Origin: Tubiluchus corallicola
Taxonomy: Eukaryota > Animalia > Priapulida
NCBI GenBank assembly: GCA_030141605.1
Contig: JAQGDQ010000034.1
Location: forward strand, 984,315-1,048,314
Length of the DNA: 64,000 nucleotides
Direction of reading: 5' to 3'
The position numbers and the translations under genes were made by a program. The notes below the pieces were generated by a model. That model worked only from the letters and a program-made list of their open reading frames with translations. It did not search any database and was not told the origin of the DNA. This document shows positions 1 through 12,700 of the stretch, piece after piece. Each line of letters begins with the position of its first letter. Positions within the stretch are counted from its first letter, which is position 1.

Positions 1-2434
1 TTTGAAACTACGAGCTATGAAGAACACGAAGCAAGGTTTATGGTGTTACAGCATTCGTGGATTATTCCAGCTCCTGTTTGAACACGGAACGCAAGAAATG
101 CAGCTAGCCTTACTCAACTCCTATTTGCTGGTAAGAGTGGTTTAAAAATGCATATTTTAAGAGCCTTTGCCTGCTAATCTCTTAATTTTTTAAAACATGC
201 AAGTTTCCAAAGAAATTATTGACCAATTTGGCTAAGCATTTAAACCTCTTTACATTCAATGTTTGTCAGACATTGTGCAGAGGCTTAAATGGTTAGCCAA
301 ATTGATCAACAGACACATCTGTGCCAAAGAAGCTACATACTAAGTAAAACCTACAAGTATTCTGCCTAATTTTGTAAAAAATTTCAAAGTTTATGTTTGC
401 CATATCGTCTGTTTTAGTTATTCCCAGCCATTTGGCTTTCACTAAAAATATAATTGTAATTGTTGTACGAGTTTGATATGTTATTCATTGGTAAAGCCAC
501 ACATTAACTTGTCAGATATTACAAGATCACATTACTTGCATTATTAAGTTATTTTTGGATGCCAGACAAATCTATATTTGAAGCAGTGGCTCCAGTTTTA
601 AGACTGCATAGTTTCGTGGGCGAGTTAAAGTGGGTATGTCGAATACTAAAATGATTGACGGCATTTGCAAATTAAAAACTTGAGTTTATAGAAAAAATGA
701 CTTTGTATCTATCTTTGAAACAATTCTTTAGTATACACTGTTGAAAAAAACAGATTTTTCAAGCATACCACAATAAATGTTTACAAAATGATTGTACAGT
801 CAACCTCAGATATAACGGACACCTCCGGACCGGAAAAAATCGTCCCTTGTATCCGATGTCCCTTACAGCCGAAGTTGAGTCAGACCGACTGTGTATCTAG
901 ACCTGTGAGCTCTATATACCTCATCCGGTAGCTTAATATCCAATAAACCATTTGTCGCAATGTATGTAATATACCGATTTAATTCAAACACACCCAATCG
1001 TCTTGAACTGAACACAAAATCAAACTCACCCGACGCGGGGTCTCGGCATAGGCTTTCTTTTTAGGATGTAAAAAATATTTGATCAGAGGGTCCCTTATAT
1101 GTGAGGTAATTTACCTGGGTTTCTATTACGCGGGACCTGAAGAGATCGTCCCTTGTAACCGAAAGTCCCTTATACCCGAGGTTGACTGTATTACAGATCA
1201 ATTAACAGAGACTACAGTACAAAGTCAAGTTTTGGATGTGATATCAAACAATGCCGTCAAGATTTGCTTACTTTCGCGGCGATATTGTACGTATTTGGAA
1301 ACATGCCTAAAACCCTCTCCTCTCATTTCAAAAGTTGTAACGGAATTTTTTCAATATTACAACAACCTGTTTTGTATCAAAAACTTTGTATAAAATGAAA
1401 TTTTCGCCGTTTATTTATTTAAATGTTACCAACCGAATAACTTCTCTTTTTAGGAAAAGTGGAAAACTAGTTGTTGTGAAGCTCCACTCAAATCCGAGAC
1501 GCGGGTGTTTATACAGCATGACAGCACTGAATGGGTGTTACAGCTTTCAGAGGTTGAAGTTGTGACAGAAGCCACACCCGCCAGGAGCCATCCTTGTACA
1601 TCAGCTGAGAAAACTAGTGAAATCCAGGAAACTATAGATCATAGTAACTGCGTACCAGCATTTCTTGAAGAATTTAACATCTTGCTTCAGCAAACTTGTG
1701 CTTGCATGAAACATCATGTTGTCGTCAGAAACTTGAGCACGATGTTAAATGCGTCTGTTGTGGTTTTGCAGTTTTTCTGCGAAACTTTTGATCGGCTTTC
1801 CCAAGCAGTAAATGACAGCACGATTTTGGAAAAATACGAAACTGGTTTTGGCTTGGCTGCAATGGATCATTTGTTTCTGACACTGATTTGCGACTGGTTG
1901 GGTCTGGTGTTTCACAGAATGGAGGATTCCGTGCAGCAGAAGGTTAACGAGTTTAAAGCCGAGCACATTCACTGCATCGACGACCTGCCACCTTCGGACG
2001 AAATTGTTCGTCGCCTCTTTCCGTTACCCATGTCGGTTTTACTGTCAAATTGGATTGGCCTGTCAAAATCTGACGGTACTGTAGTAAATCCATGTACAAT
2101 TTTTCAACAAACTAATTTTTGCACCAGTACAGTCAGTTCCGAACATGTTATGCATTCTCAGACAACACCATGTGAAGCGACAGAATCTGACACTATGCCC
2201 AAATCTTCTAAGGAAATTGAAAAACAAAATACTGTATCTCAAAACGTTGGCGAGAAACATCATATTCAGCCTGAACATTATTATTCAAGTGATAACCCTG
2301 GACAGCTGTCCAAGCGAGCAAAAACTAATGAAACTGACAAAATGCCATTTGTGCAAATTATTTTGGAGTTTTTAAACAACTCGCTCATATCTGGCGTAGC
2401 TCATGTCGTGTACACTCGTTTGCTATTCTCCTGA
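1..2434 (+). CDS. 3' part of a spliced gene for an uncharacterised protein (exons <1..130 and 1454..2434)
   Basis: Open frame 2..130 (LKLRAMKNTKQGLWCYSIRGLFQLLFEHGTQEMQLALLNSYLL) ends at donor GTAAGA (131). Acceptor ttctctttttag ends at 1453 and opens in phase 0 into EKWKTSCCEAPLKSETRVFIQHD..., continuous with the 309-aa ORF to TGA at 2434. No domain recognised with confidence. Confidence 0.8.
797..1188. mobile_element. pogo/Tigger-like (Tc1/mariner superfamily) MITE
   Basis: TA-CAGTCAACCTC ... GAGGTTGACTG-TA terminal inverted repeats with TA target duplication (795-796, 1189-1190); subterminal repeats (cgtcccttgta, gtccctta); no coding capacity. Confidence 0.85.
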
Positions 2435-3564
2435 TCAAGCTAGTTCAGCTTTTCGATTCGGTTGCCACCAAGTGCATTAGAATTGCTTTGTTTTGTATTA
2501 GATGCAAGTCTCCGAAATACTTTCTTAATGTTATGACGCCATAAATTTATGTTCATATTCAAGGTAATGTAGCATCACACCACAGTGATGCCAAAGTCTA
2601 TGCCTTCGAACGTAACCAGTCGTCGGCAAATGTTTGGCAACACTGATGGATATTTGGTGAAAAATGTATATATCATAGTATCAATTAGTTGTTAGTACAA
2701 TGGCAGCAACTCGTATACGTTAGCACAAGCATATACACTAGACTACAAAATTTTTTGTATGTTTGGTTTTGTTTTGTGGGCAGTTGACCAGAAATTTGTA
2801 AAATAAACATAAGTATATAAATAACATAAATAAGCATAAATAAACCTAATTATAAGTATTACTGCCACTATGATTTTATTTTTTATTACATAATTCATAT
2901 ATTTTAATATGTGCAAACAAAAGAACATTAAATAAGAGTATTTAGGAAATATAATAATAATTAATAATAAGCAAAACTAGTCTGTAGAATTATTATCTAC
3001 ATTTGTGCACAGCCTAATAATTTAACGTGCACAATTTAACCTTTCTCTATAACTATAAAAAAACACAACTAAGGAAGTAATAATGTATAAGTGGACAATA
3101 GACGCCATAAAATTATTAATTGTGTCATTTACTGTACATGATTTGCCATACAGCTTTATGATTAATTGAAACTGTCATCTTAATATGGCATCTTCACTTC
3201 TCCACTGACACTGTTCAAATTTAAATCAAAATTACACTAACAGTAGTTTATAACTAGCTAATCCAACTGAATCATCTTTTTGCTTGCCATTTTAAGTAGT
3301 GCTTTAACTAAATGCAAAGCACAAACAGTGAAAAACACACTTTTTTGTTCACCGTAAAACTAGTTATGTTTTGAAAGTGAAGCACAATTGCCAGATTGTT
3401 CACATTTCGAAATTTGCAGCATTGCATTAAATATTTTAATTACAACTTTACAAACACGCAATTTAAACAGATTGCATAAATTAAAATATAATAAGAGTGT
3501 ATACAGAAAAACTTAATAGGCACAATTCATGGTAAAAATCAATGTTTTTAGAAGACTATATTAA

Positions 3565-4139
3565 CCCTTTCACTACGTAGTTGCTTTTTAACCGGGCCAC
3601 ATTGACATTTGCACATTTGACAATAACGTCTTGTGGTACGTTACTAAAACTGAATATTATAAATAAACAAATAGTTGTTCGTTAATATATAAACAAGTAC
3701 TAATATTAAATATTAGTTTTATTTCTACATACGTATACGAGTGCACATACACTCACTCATGCACGCACGTGCACACCCTCATATTAAGAAGCCAGTTTTC
3801 ACAAAAGACCCAATACTAATCCATAACATGTAATCATTTTATAAGAATGCAGAGCAATCAACTAAACATATGCTTCGTCAACAATTTTGCATGGGAAAAT
3901 AACATACAGTACAGTATTGTGGAATGTAACTGGCCTCAAATGCTAATAGTGTTGCTTGTTGCAAAGCAACCCCAATCCCGTGACTGTTAAACTTTTCTAC
4001 AATGTTTTGTATGGCTGTAGCAGTGAAATAAACAGACCTGGGTGACTGCGCTTAGTGCTGAGCTTAGCATCAGTCTCCTGCCTTCCGTCCTTACAAGAAA
4101 AACATAGGCGGCAGTGGTCCACCTTCCATAGTGAAAGGG
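3565..4139. mobile_element. piggyBac-like MITE
   Basis: TTAA-CCCTTTCACTA ... TAGTGAAAGGG-TTAA: 11-bp TIR starting CCC, with TTAA TSD at 3561-3564 and 4140-4143. Confidence 0.85.
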
Positions 4140-4374
4140 TTAATTGTTGGTCCACTGAAAATACTAAGTAGCATTACTGAACAAATTAGTAGCGCCTGGT
4201 ATGCATTTGGCCATTATAAGATTTTGTATTTCATAAGTATGCAACACCAACACACTATGACTAGCGACAATGATTATAATACAAAACAAACATTTTAAAC
4301 TGATCTACTACACATACTAATATTACAATAAACACAGGTTACTAAACTTATTTCTATGTTTGCATACACCGCTC

Positions 4375-6750
4375 TTAGAAATTACAAGTGAATCTGCTAC
4401 TTCTGCGTGCTTTGGTTTTAGTATTTTCAGTTTTTCTGGAATTTTTAGCGCAGTTTTTTGCCACCGGGATGAAATCATTGTTGTCAGATTCTTCTATGAT
4501 ATCAGACAAGTTGCTCTCAGATTCTGAAGCATCCATAATCAAGTTGCTCTGCAAAGCAAAAGATTTTTGTATTTCTATTATGAAAACATTTATTAATTAT
4601 AGGAAACTGTTCTTGTCACAGGTCATATACCAAGTTGGTTTCGTTACTGGAAATCTAATTAGACGTACATCTCCTCACTGACCTTAACCTTAACTTGTTA
4701 AATCAAAATTAAATTGTTATTAATATTAGTACCTATTTTTGATAAATCTTGCAAATTACTAGCTGGAACCAGAAATCCAGCATTTAACACAGAATCTAGT
4801 ACTGGAGTTGAGTGGTTTCCTTTGTTATGGAGATGAAGTCTAGCTCATTATTAAGTATAATCCTCTAAATGGGGCAAATAAACTGGCAGACATGTTTTGG
4901 CAATGTTTAACTGCGTAGACATTCTCCTTCAGCAATGTAGTTGAAACAACAGGCTACATGCATCTAAATACTAAGAGGTATCTTTCTAGAGTGCAAAAAA
5001 TTTAACAAATGGACCTTAACATTTTAATCCTTGATTTCTCCATTCTTCGTTCATTGCATTTCTGCAACTTTTAATGTCCTCTGATACATCATAGTGGCCA
5101 AGTTTAGAACTAATTTTTGAAGAGACTTTATAACAAATCTTTATAGTACACGTGCTCAGAACTCACCACGACTGTGTTCAAGTATTGTCATGCCACGTGA
5201 TCAGTCACATGCTGGCTTTTCAATTGGCGGAATAAATGAAACATGTCTACGCCAACGTTTACTGCAGCGGTTGAAATATTTTACAAAAATTGAAGTAAAC
5301 GTGAGTACTTTACTCGCTTAAGATTATACTTAGGTGATATAATTTTTTATTGCGAATTTTCTGAGGCTTAATTTGCTCGGTCATTTTCTTGTCTTTTAAA
5401 GGCTTGCTGAATAGTACACATTTAACCTTTCTAATTTTTCGTGATATATATATAGTCTCTTCAAAAATATATATATTATGTCATATATATATATATATAT
5501 ATATATATATGACATAATATATATATTTTTGAAGAGACTTTTTACTATAAAGAAAATGTTAGTTACAAACGTGCAGACAGGCAAACAGCACTGAATATGG
5601 ATCCCGTGGCTGATGAAAGCATGGTTAACAATAACCAAACAGTCCAAACAAATGATTTGTATCAGATTACTGTGATTTTTGTATTGTGGTAAAGTTCCTA
5701 AAACAAAGATGAAGGCTCTCGTGCCTCTAGCAGTCGGTTAGTGAACTAAAGAAGGCGCTGGAATCACATAAAGCCATTTGCTACATTACAGCATATTTTT
5801 CATTCCCTGAAGTTATAAACTGATATTTACACTGGGTGATTAAAAAAATAGCAAATTTTAATTCTTAAGACTACCTTGTATTATTTGTTAACCGCTAAAT
5901 TATAGGCATCGTTATAAATGGGGCAGTATCTAAAACGTGTATTTTAGATTACATAGTCAAATAAACTACACCATGTAGACAAATATACGCAGCGTATCGG
6001 CTTATTAAAGAAAAGTCATTGCTGTTAACTTACTCTAGCAAAGTTTTTGTAAAACGTTTTCGGCAGGCCCGGAACATGCTTCAGGTCTTCGACTTTGCCG
6101 TAATTTCCCTTGAAATGCCGGTATTCGTGGATCATTGTGGCTCGTTTCTGTCCCAGTGTAGGTAATGTGCTCAGCATTTTCACCGATCCAGTGTTCATCA
6201 TGCGGAGAATCGTTTGCTTGCGTTTCTCTTGAAAGCTTGTTCCCAGGCAACGCTTTTCCATGCGTTTTTCTTTAAAAAATGCCAGTGTTTTAATATTAAA
6301 ATTCTTTTGATTGATTACTGCTTCAATATAAGCTTATAAAAATGCATTTACAAAATATTTATAATGACTAAAATTGCATTAAAAAATATTGAAATTGCTT
6401 TACACAAGGAGATATTTAAAACTGTTTACAACATAAAAAATTATCTTAAAAATTCACATCTGAATTCGCAATAGTGCAAAAAATTATTTCCAGGATATTG
6501 GAATATTTAAACTTGATTATACATGGGCTCAGAGCCTCATTCTTTCATTTGTTAAAGATGTTTTAAATGACTCAACCAGAAGTGACTTTTCCTTTTAAAA
6601 TCTAACTCAATATCGTATATGTTAATATTGTAAGTTAATGGCAAATTTTATTTGTGTAAAGTATGAGTTTTTTAACTACTAACTGACATTGTTTATTCAT
6701 TTACACAGGAAACTAAATTAATGTATTGTATTTACAATAGTTTGAAATAA

Positions 6751-6794
<44 letters not shown>

Positions 6795-9700
6795 TTGTGT
6801 ATGCTTTTTGGGCTTTCAAATCAGGAACAACACTTATACATGTTATATTGAACAATAACCGCACCATGTTTTTTAAGGACATCAATGTAACATCACGTGT
6901 CAGGTGTTCTTTCAGCAAGATAGTAACTATCACAAATTTGCTGTTTTACATTTGTCGGACGTCACCAAAAACACGTGGAATATTTACGAATTTGTTACAC
7001 TTTGTAAGAAGCTCCGGCGCCATTTTGTTGGCTAAATTATTAAACGCTTGTTTATTTAATGCTACAATGAAAGAGAAATTTAACATTCACCTGGCTTACG
7101 TCGGTTTCTTGCCTGCTGCTTTTCAACTTGGATATTTGCGTCCAACTGTGTTAGTATCATAGACCTTCTAGGCCTCAAATTCCACCTAAGGATAACATTA
7201 ATTTTAGCTATAAATGCTTACCTATGAACAAATAAAAGAAATTTGATGTTTCCGAAAAACTACAAGCATACTGTAGTACAAACAAAACTCAGACACTCCG
7301 GATGATAGATACAGACTTATGCTTAGTGACGACCTTGACTGCCGAGCTTAACCTCTGATACTTATATTTATATCCATGTTTAAGGTAGGGGACATGCGAC
7401 CCCTATGACAAACAGGAGCATCAGCAATATTAATGACAAACATACGCGCATTTACCTTAAGCTTAACATATGAACTTTTACCTCCATCGTCATTCAGGAC
7501 AGATTTCAAACTTTAAATTGAATTTCTCTCGGCGATTCTGTCAGTGAATGTTCTCTCGACGCAAAGCCTGTAGCAGCCAGCTTTTTGCTGAATTAAAGCA
7601 GAGTACAATGGATGACGTCACTACAATGCCTTTGCGTCAGCAGTTTTCTAAGCGAAAATTGCCGAAAATAGAACGTAATTAACTCGTTGATACTCCTCTC
7701 GGTGGACCTGCCCTAAAATATAGCCCACATCATCGTGTAGCCACGTTCTTCCTCTTTCTGATGAGCCGTATATCTCCTTCCGAGAGTCCTACCAGCACCG
7801 CTAGAACGTTTTTTCCGCATGCTGTTTGGTCAAAATTTCGAAAAAATCGCCACTTGGGTCCGTGAAAACGCCCATTACAGGACCCTGTGGCCCTGTCGCG
7901 AATTCTAAATATGCCTACTACACCCACCGCTGAACGGGCTATCTATCCATACCCAGCACCACCCTCGGCCCATTCCCATTCTCTACATCTCAGCCGTATA
8001 ACTTTTGCAAAAATCGGCCAAAAAAATGGCCATTTTTGGAGGTTTTTCGCCTCCCCTTCCTCCAGGTGGGCCCGATTCGAAAAATAAAACATCAATGAGA
8101 TGACACTAGATCGAGACCCTTCATTTGATATATAGATCGCCGCAAATGGTCACTCAAGGTAAGTACTACAGTAAAAAAGCAAATACAAGTCCAGAAAAAC
8201 TGAATTCCTATAAGTAATTTAATAGTAGAGACAGCGTTAACTTTTTCAGGCCCCTGGGCTAGGTTAACAGTGCCACCCTCTCACCAGTCTTGAAATTCAT
8301 TACTTGTGATATATTTTAGTGTTCAGCCCCGAAACATTTTCTCAACAAATTTACGCGATTTACAAAAATGGCACTACTAGTCTTCCTAAAACTCGGAATT
8401 GCGCGTATCTGCGGAAAATTCTCATCCCTACTTACCGCTTGGCTGTGGCATTTTCACCATCAGTTGCAGCAACAGATGATTTTCTTTTTCTCTTTTTACA
8501 TGGCTCAGTAAAACTGTTCTCATTCGTGCTAACATCAGCGTCAGTGCCGAGCGTGTCATCTGCACTAATTCGAGTATTTTTCAGATCAACAGTGTTGGAT
8601 ACCAGCTTCAGACTTCCATTGATGCCGCTGAAATAAAATGTTTGCGTGCACGTTCAATTCAATTCAACATTAATTTATTTATCTCTTTATAATACTACAA
8701 TAAAACATAATTAATAAAATTGCTAATAAATTTTGAAGAATGGTTAAAATGAATAGGTAGATCTAGAACTAGAGAAAGGATAGCGAAAAGACAATTCGAT
8801 TCAATTTCAATTTATTTATCTCTTTATAATACTACAATAAAACATGATTAATAAAAGAATCGCTAATAAGTTTTGAAGAATGGTTAAAATGAATAGATAG
8901 ATGTAGAACTAGAGAAAGGATAGCGAAAAGACTATAAAGTCACCTAGTCTGGTATCCCTTACCGAATATAGATAAAATGATTTTTAGACACTGGTGAGCA
9001 TTAATATTATCAGTTTAATTTAGGAAACACTAATAATTTTAAAATTATGACATTTGCTATATAATTAAGTAATCCAGAGTAAAGAAAATACATGTACTTT
9101 AATTAGCGGGCAACAAAATAAGTTCAATCTTGATTAAACTAAAAATAGCATTTAGATTTTATATGAAATACAGGTCAAAATTGTTATGAAATGATAAAAG
9201 CACTTTGGCTTAATAGTGCAAAAGATCATTGCTGTTTGTTGGAACGTTTTTTTTTCAGAAAGTTATTACGAAATACCATTCAACCTATAACGTCATTTTT
9301 CATGTCACACTCTAAACAGTTGTGCAAGGGATGTTAAATGAAACAAGCACCACCAGTCAGATCAGAAAAACAAGGTACACCTTGTACCCAAATACATTGT
9401 GTAAAGCACAAAGACAGTGGATATTGTATATTAGGGGCGAGCAATCGAGTATCGAACATTCGAACTCAATTCGAACAAGTACTTTTAGTTTAAAATTATA
9501 GATTCGAACAATTTAGCACTCAATTACGTACATTGTTTAACATTAAAAACATTTGAAACATCATGCAATCTGCCTTACAAATTCCACCTGGAACTTTTTG
9601 GCACAATTTTTAAATAAGTAATTATTGTTTTCACAGCAGAATAAAATCAAGTAACGCGCATGATGCTTGTGAGTCCGCTCTATTTTAATGATTCAAAATT

Positions 9701-12700
9701 TGATTTGAGTTCAAAATTCACAAACTTAGATTCCATTTGAATTCGCTTACTAGTAGAGAATGCTCACCCCTATTGTACATGTAACAGACAACTTATAACA
9801 AAGCAATAATAAAGATCTTCAAACTCCAATAGACACTTTACGAACAATTATTCATGAAGAGTATTGTACAATAAAACAGTATCCATGCGCCAGCATTGTT
9901 GCGCGGTACAAGAAAAACAAATTTTTTACGCTTGCTCAGTTCGAAACGCTAACTTGGAACTGAACTGCAAGAATATGTGTTCAAATGATGTATAAATTTG
10001 CTCTGTTTGCTTACCTAACATTTACACTGCAAGGTTTAATTGCAAGTAATCTGCCATCACCATTTGCAGGTAATTCTGTATCAGAGTTTATCAAAGATGC
10101 TTCACTTGTTGTTACATTTCTGCTCTCATTTAGCACAGAAAAGTCTTTGCCTGCAAAAAGAAATTCAGGCACAATACAAACTTTATGCATATTAATGGAA
10201 AGAAAATTTTTTTGTATTTTAACAACATGCTGATATCTCTGTTTGCTGGACCTTGTTTTCACGGATATCCGAAATTTGGACAAAACCCGATCGACTGCTA
10301 GTTGGCGGGCCGTCACTTTGTTTACATACTCATGCAGTCTGTAATGACACGTGTGTAACTTGTGTCAATGTGCTTAGTGCTTTATCAGCATGTGTAAGTG
10401 TTTTAGTATATACAGTTTGTATATACTTTTGCACAAGAGCAGCCATTTTTGAGACAGGCAATTGATTCTGCATTACCATGAGTCTAGTACACGGCATCTA
10501 CTATATTAGCTTAGTATTGGAAAATACGGACTATTGGCAAATTTGTACCGACGTCCGGCAAACTGAGATATGAGTGTATATAAAATTATATACTTACATT
10601 GTTTTATAAATGGATAAAAAAAACCAATATTGACAACAACGTACAACAGAAATGGCTAGAATACAGCTTACTGTGCAGTTACAACACAATGGGTACTCCT
10701 TCAAATGTTTAAATGTATTCCGCCTTAACAATTTTTCAAACTAATTAAGCGTACTTCATCTTATCATCTTTTAAATGTTTCCCCTCTTAACATCTTTCTG
10801 TTGGTATCTTATTACACCAATCAGTCCCAATTATTGTTTCAGCAATTATTTTACCCAAATATTCTGCTTAGTATCTAATGTGAGATTAAACCGATACACA
10901 GTCTTTAGAACAACTGTGACTACCTCTCCTCATCTTGTAAATTTAAGGAACAGGAAAGTAAAAATCAACCGCGTGATGCGTAAATTGTAAAAATACATAG
11001 AATCGTGTCGACTTACGATCAGATGACCGCCTTCTAATTGTACTTTGTTTGAAGATAGTAGGCGGAGCTTGGATGTCAAAAGAATCATTATGGTCAGTTA
11101 CTGATGGGAAAAATCGCTTCCTTTGCGTAGCTGTTATGTTGCTTATCGATGAATTGCGAATATCAACTGAAAGACGAAAACACAAGAATACTAAAACTAT
11201 ATTCATTTCATTTACTAACATTATTTCATATGCAGTATAACAGTGGCTGAGCCACAAACGCACGTTATCTTATGATCTGCGCTAACATATTTTGGTAACT
11301 TGCAGGTGAGTTTTTATTATTACAGACAAAACTCTTTACAGCACCTACCTTGGAAGTGCAAAAAGGGTTTACATTATAACTAAGTGCATTAATACATACA
11401 TGTCATGCGAATATAGATACTATGTTTTGTTAAAAATATAAGCATTAGGCCAACGTTAAAATTATAATAATAATAATAATAATAACAATAATAATCTTTA
11501 CTTAAAGTCGGCTTTTGGGTCAACAATTAACATTAGCTCAAAGAGCTATTATCGCCGATTGTAAATAACAACCTACAACTACATAACAGAGACTATTATT
11601 ACCCCACTATTACCCTATATACCACGCGTCAGGCAGGGTAACAGCAGGTACCATTTTTATAGTCTTTGGTATGACTCGGCCGCTGATTCGAACTCACGAC
11701 CTCCCAGACGGAAAGCAAACACATTACCACTAGACTAAACCGTCTGGTCAAAACGGTATAAAGGGGGAGATATAATGATACTTAAATGTACATTCCAAAA
11801 GCACTTTTATTAATAGAATATGTTAAATAGTCGGTTTTGTGTATTCTTCATCAACAAATTACATCAACCCAAACTTGTAACATCCATAATCGAAAATCGA
11901 TGGAAATCACTTCGATTATTATTATGAGTAGAATTACAATTGGAAGCTGGAAACCCTGCACGGCTTTGTTGACAAGTAAAATGATTATTTGCAATGTAGC
12001 ATCACCAAAATGCCTGCAATTTGACAGCAATTAAAAAATAAAGTCGTGCACAAAGTGAAATGAAAGAAAGTTTTCTGTACGTTACCCGTGGAATTTTGTT
12101 TTTGTCGATCAGCTGGACTTTGCTCTTCATCTGTTGATTCTAATAGAGATTCAATACTGGCAAGCTTGTAAAACAATTAAAAAGTTAGACATTACTTAGC
12201 AGATGCACTTTATTATAGTTTAAAATTACGTTCACTTACTTAATTTTACCAAAACTATAATACATTACAGAACAAAAAGATGTAAGATAAGCACATGTAG
12301 TTTTTGATGCCCAGTATCAAGCTATGAGAAGTTATCATTAATGCTAAGAAAAGGCACAATTAATAAGAAACTTACAGTCAAGTCAGAAAAGACACAAAGT
12401 TTTCCCATCCGCAACTAACTTCAGGTCAACTAATGACAGTTCACAGTGATCGACTACAATTTTCTGTGTTTTCTGCCTTTGCTGTCAAATTTTTTTTTGT
12501 AAAACTAAACACAAATTTTGCATTGATTTGAAAATGGCTATAAGACTAAATCCCATACCGGAGGGGACATTTTAGGCTGCTGTGGCACTTTTACCGCAGT
12601 TCCGAAGCTCAAAGGTATTGGGGTTGGTTGTTCGATTAATGCACGCCTCGTAGCCTCCTTGGCTTGTGTGACTCGAGCTTTCGTAAACTCAAGCGGCTTC

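Noticed and set aside
1079-1393. 104-aa ORF upstream of the large exon
   Set aside because: Starts inside a MITE and lies in the 131..1453 intron; no recognisable protein.
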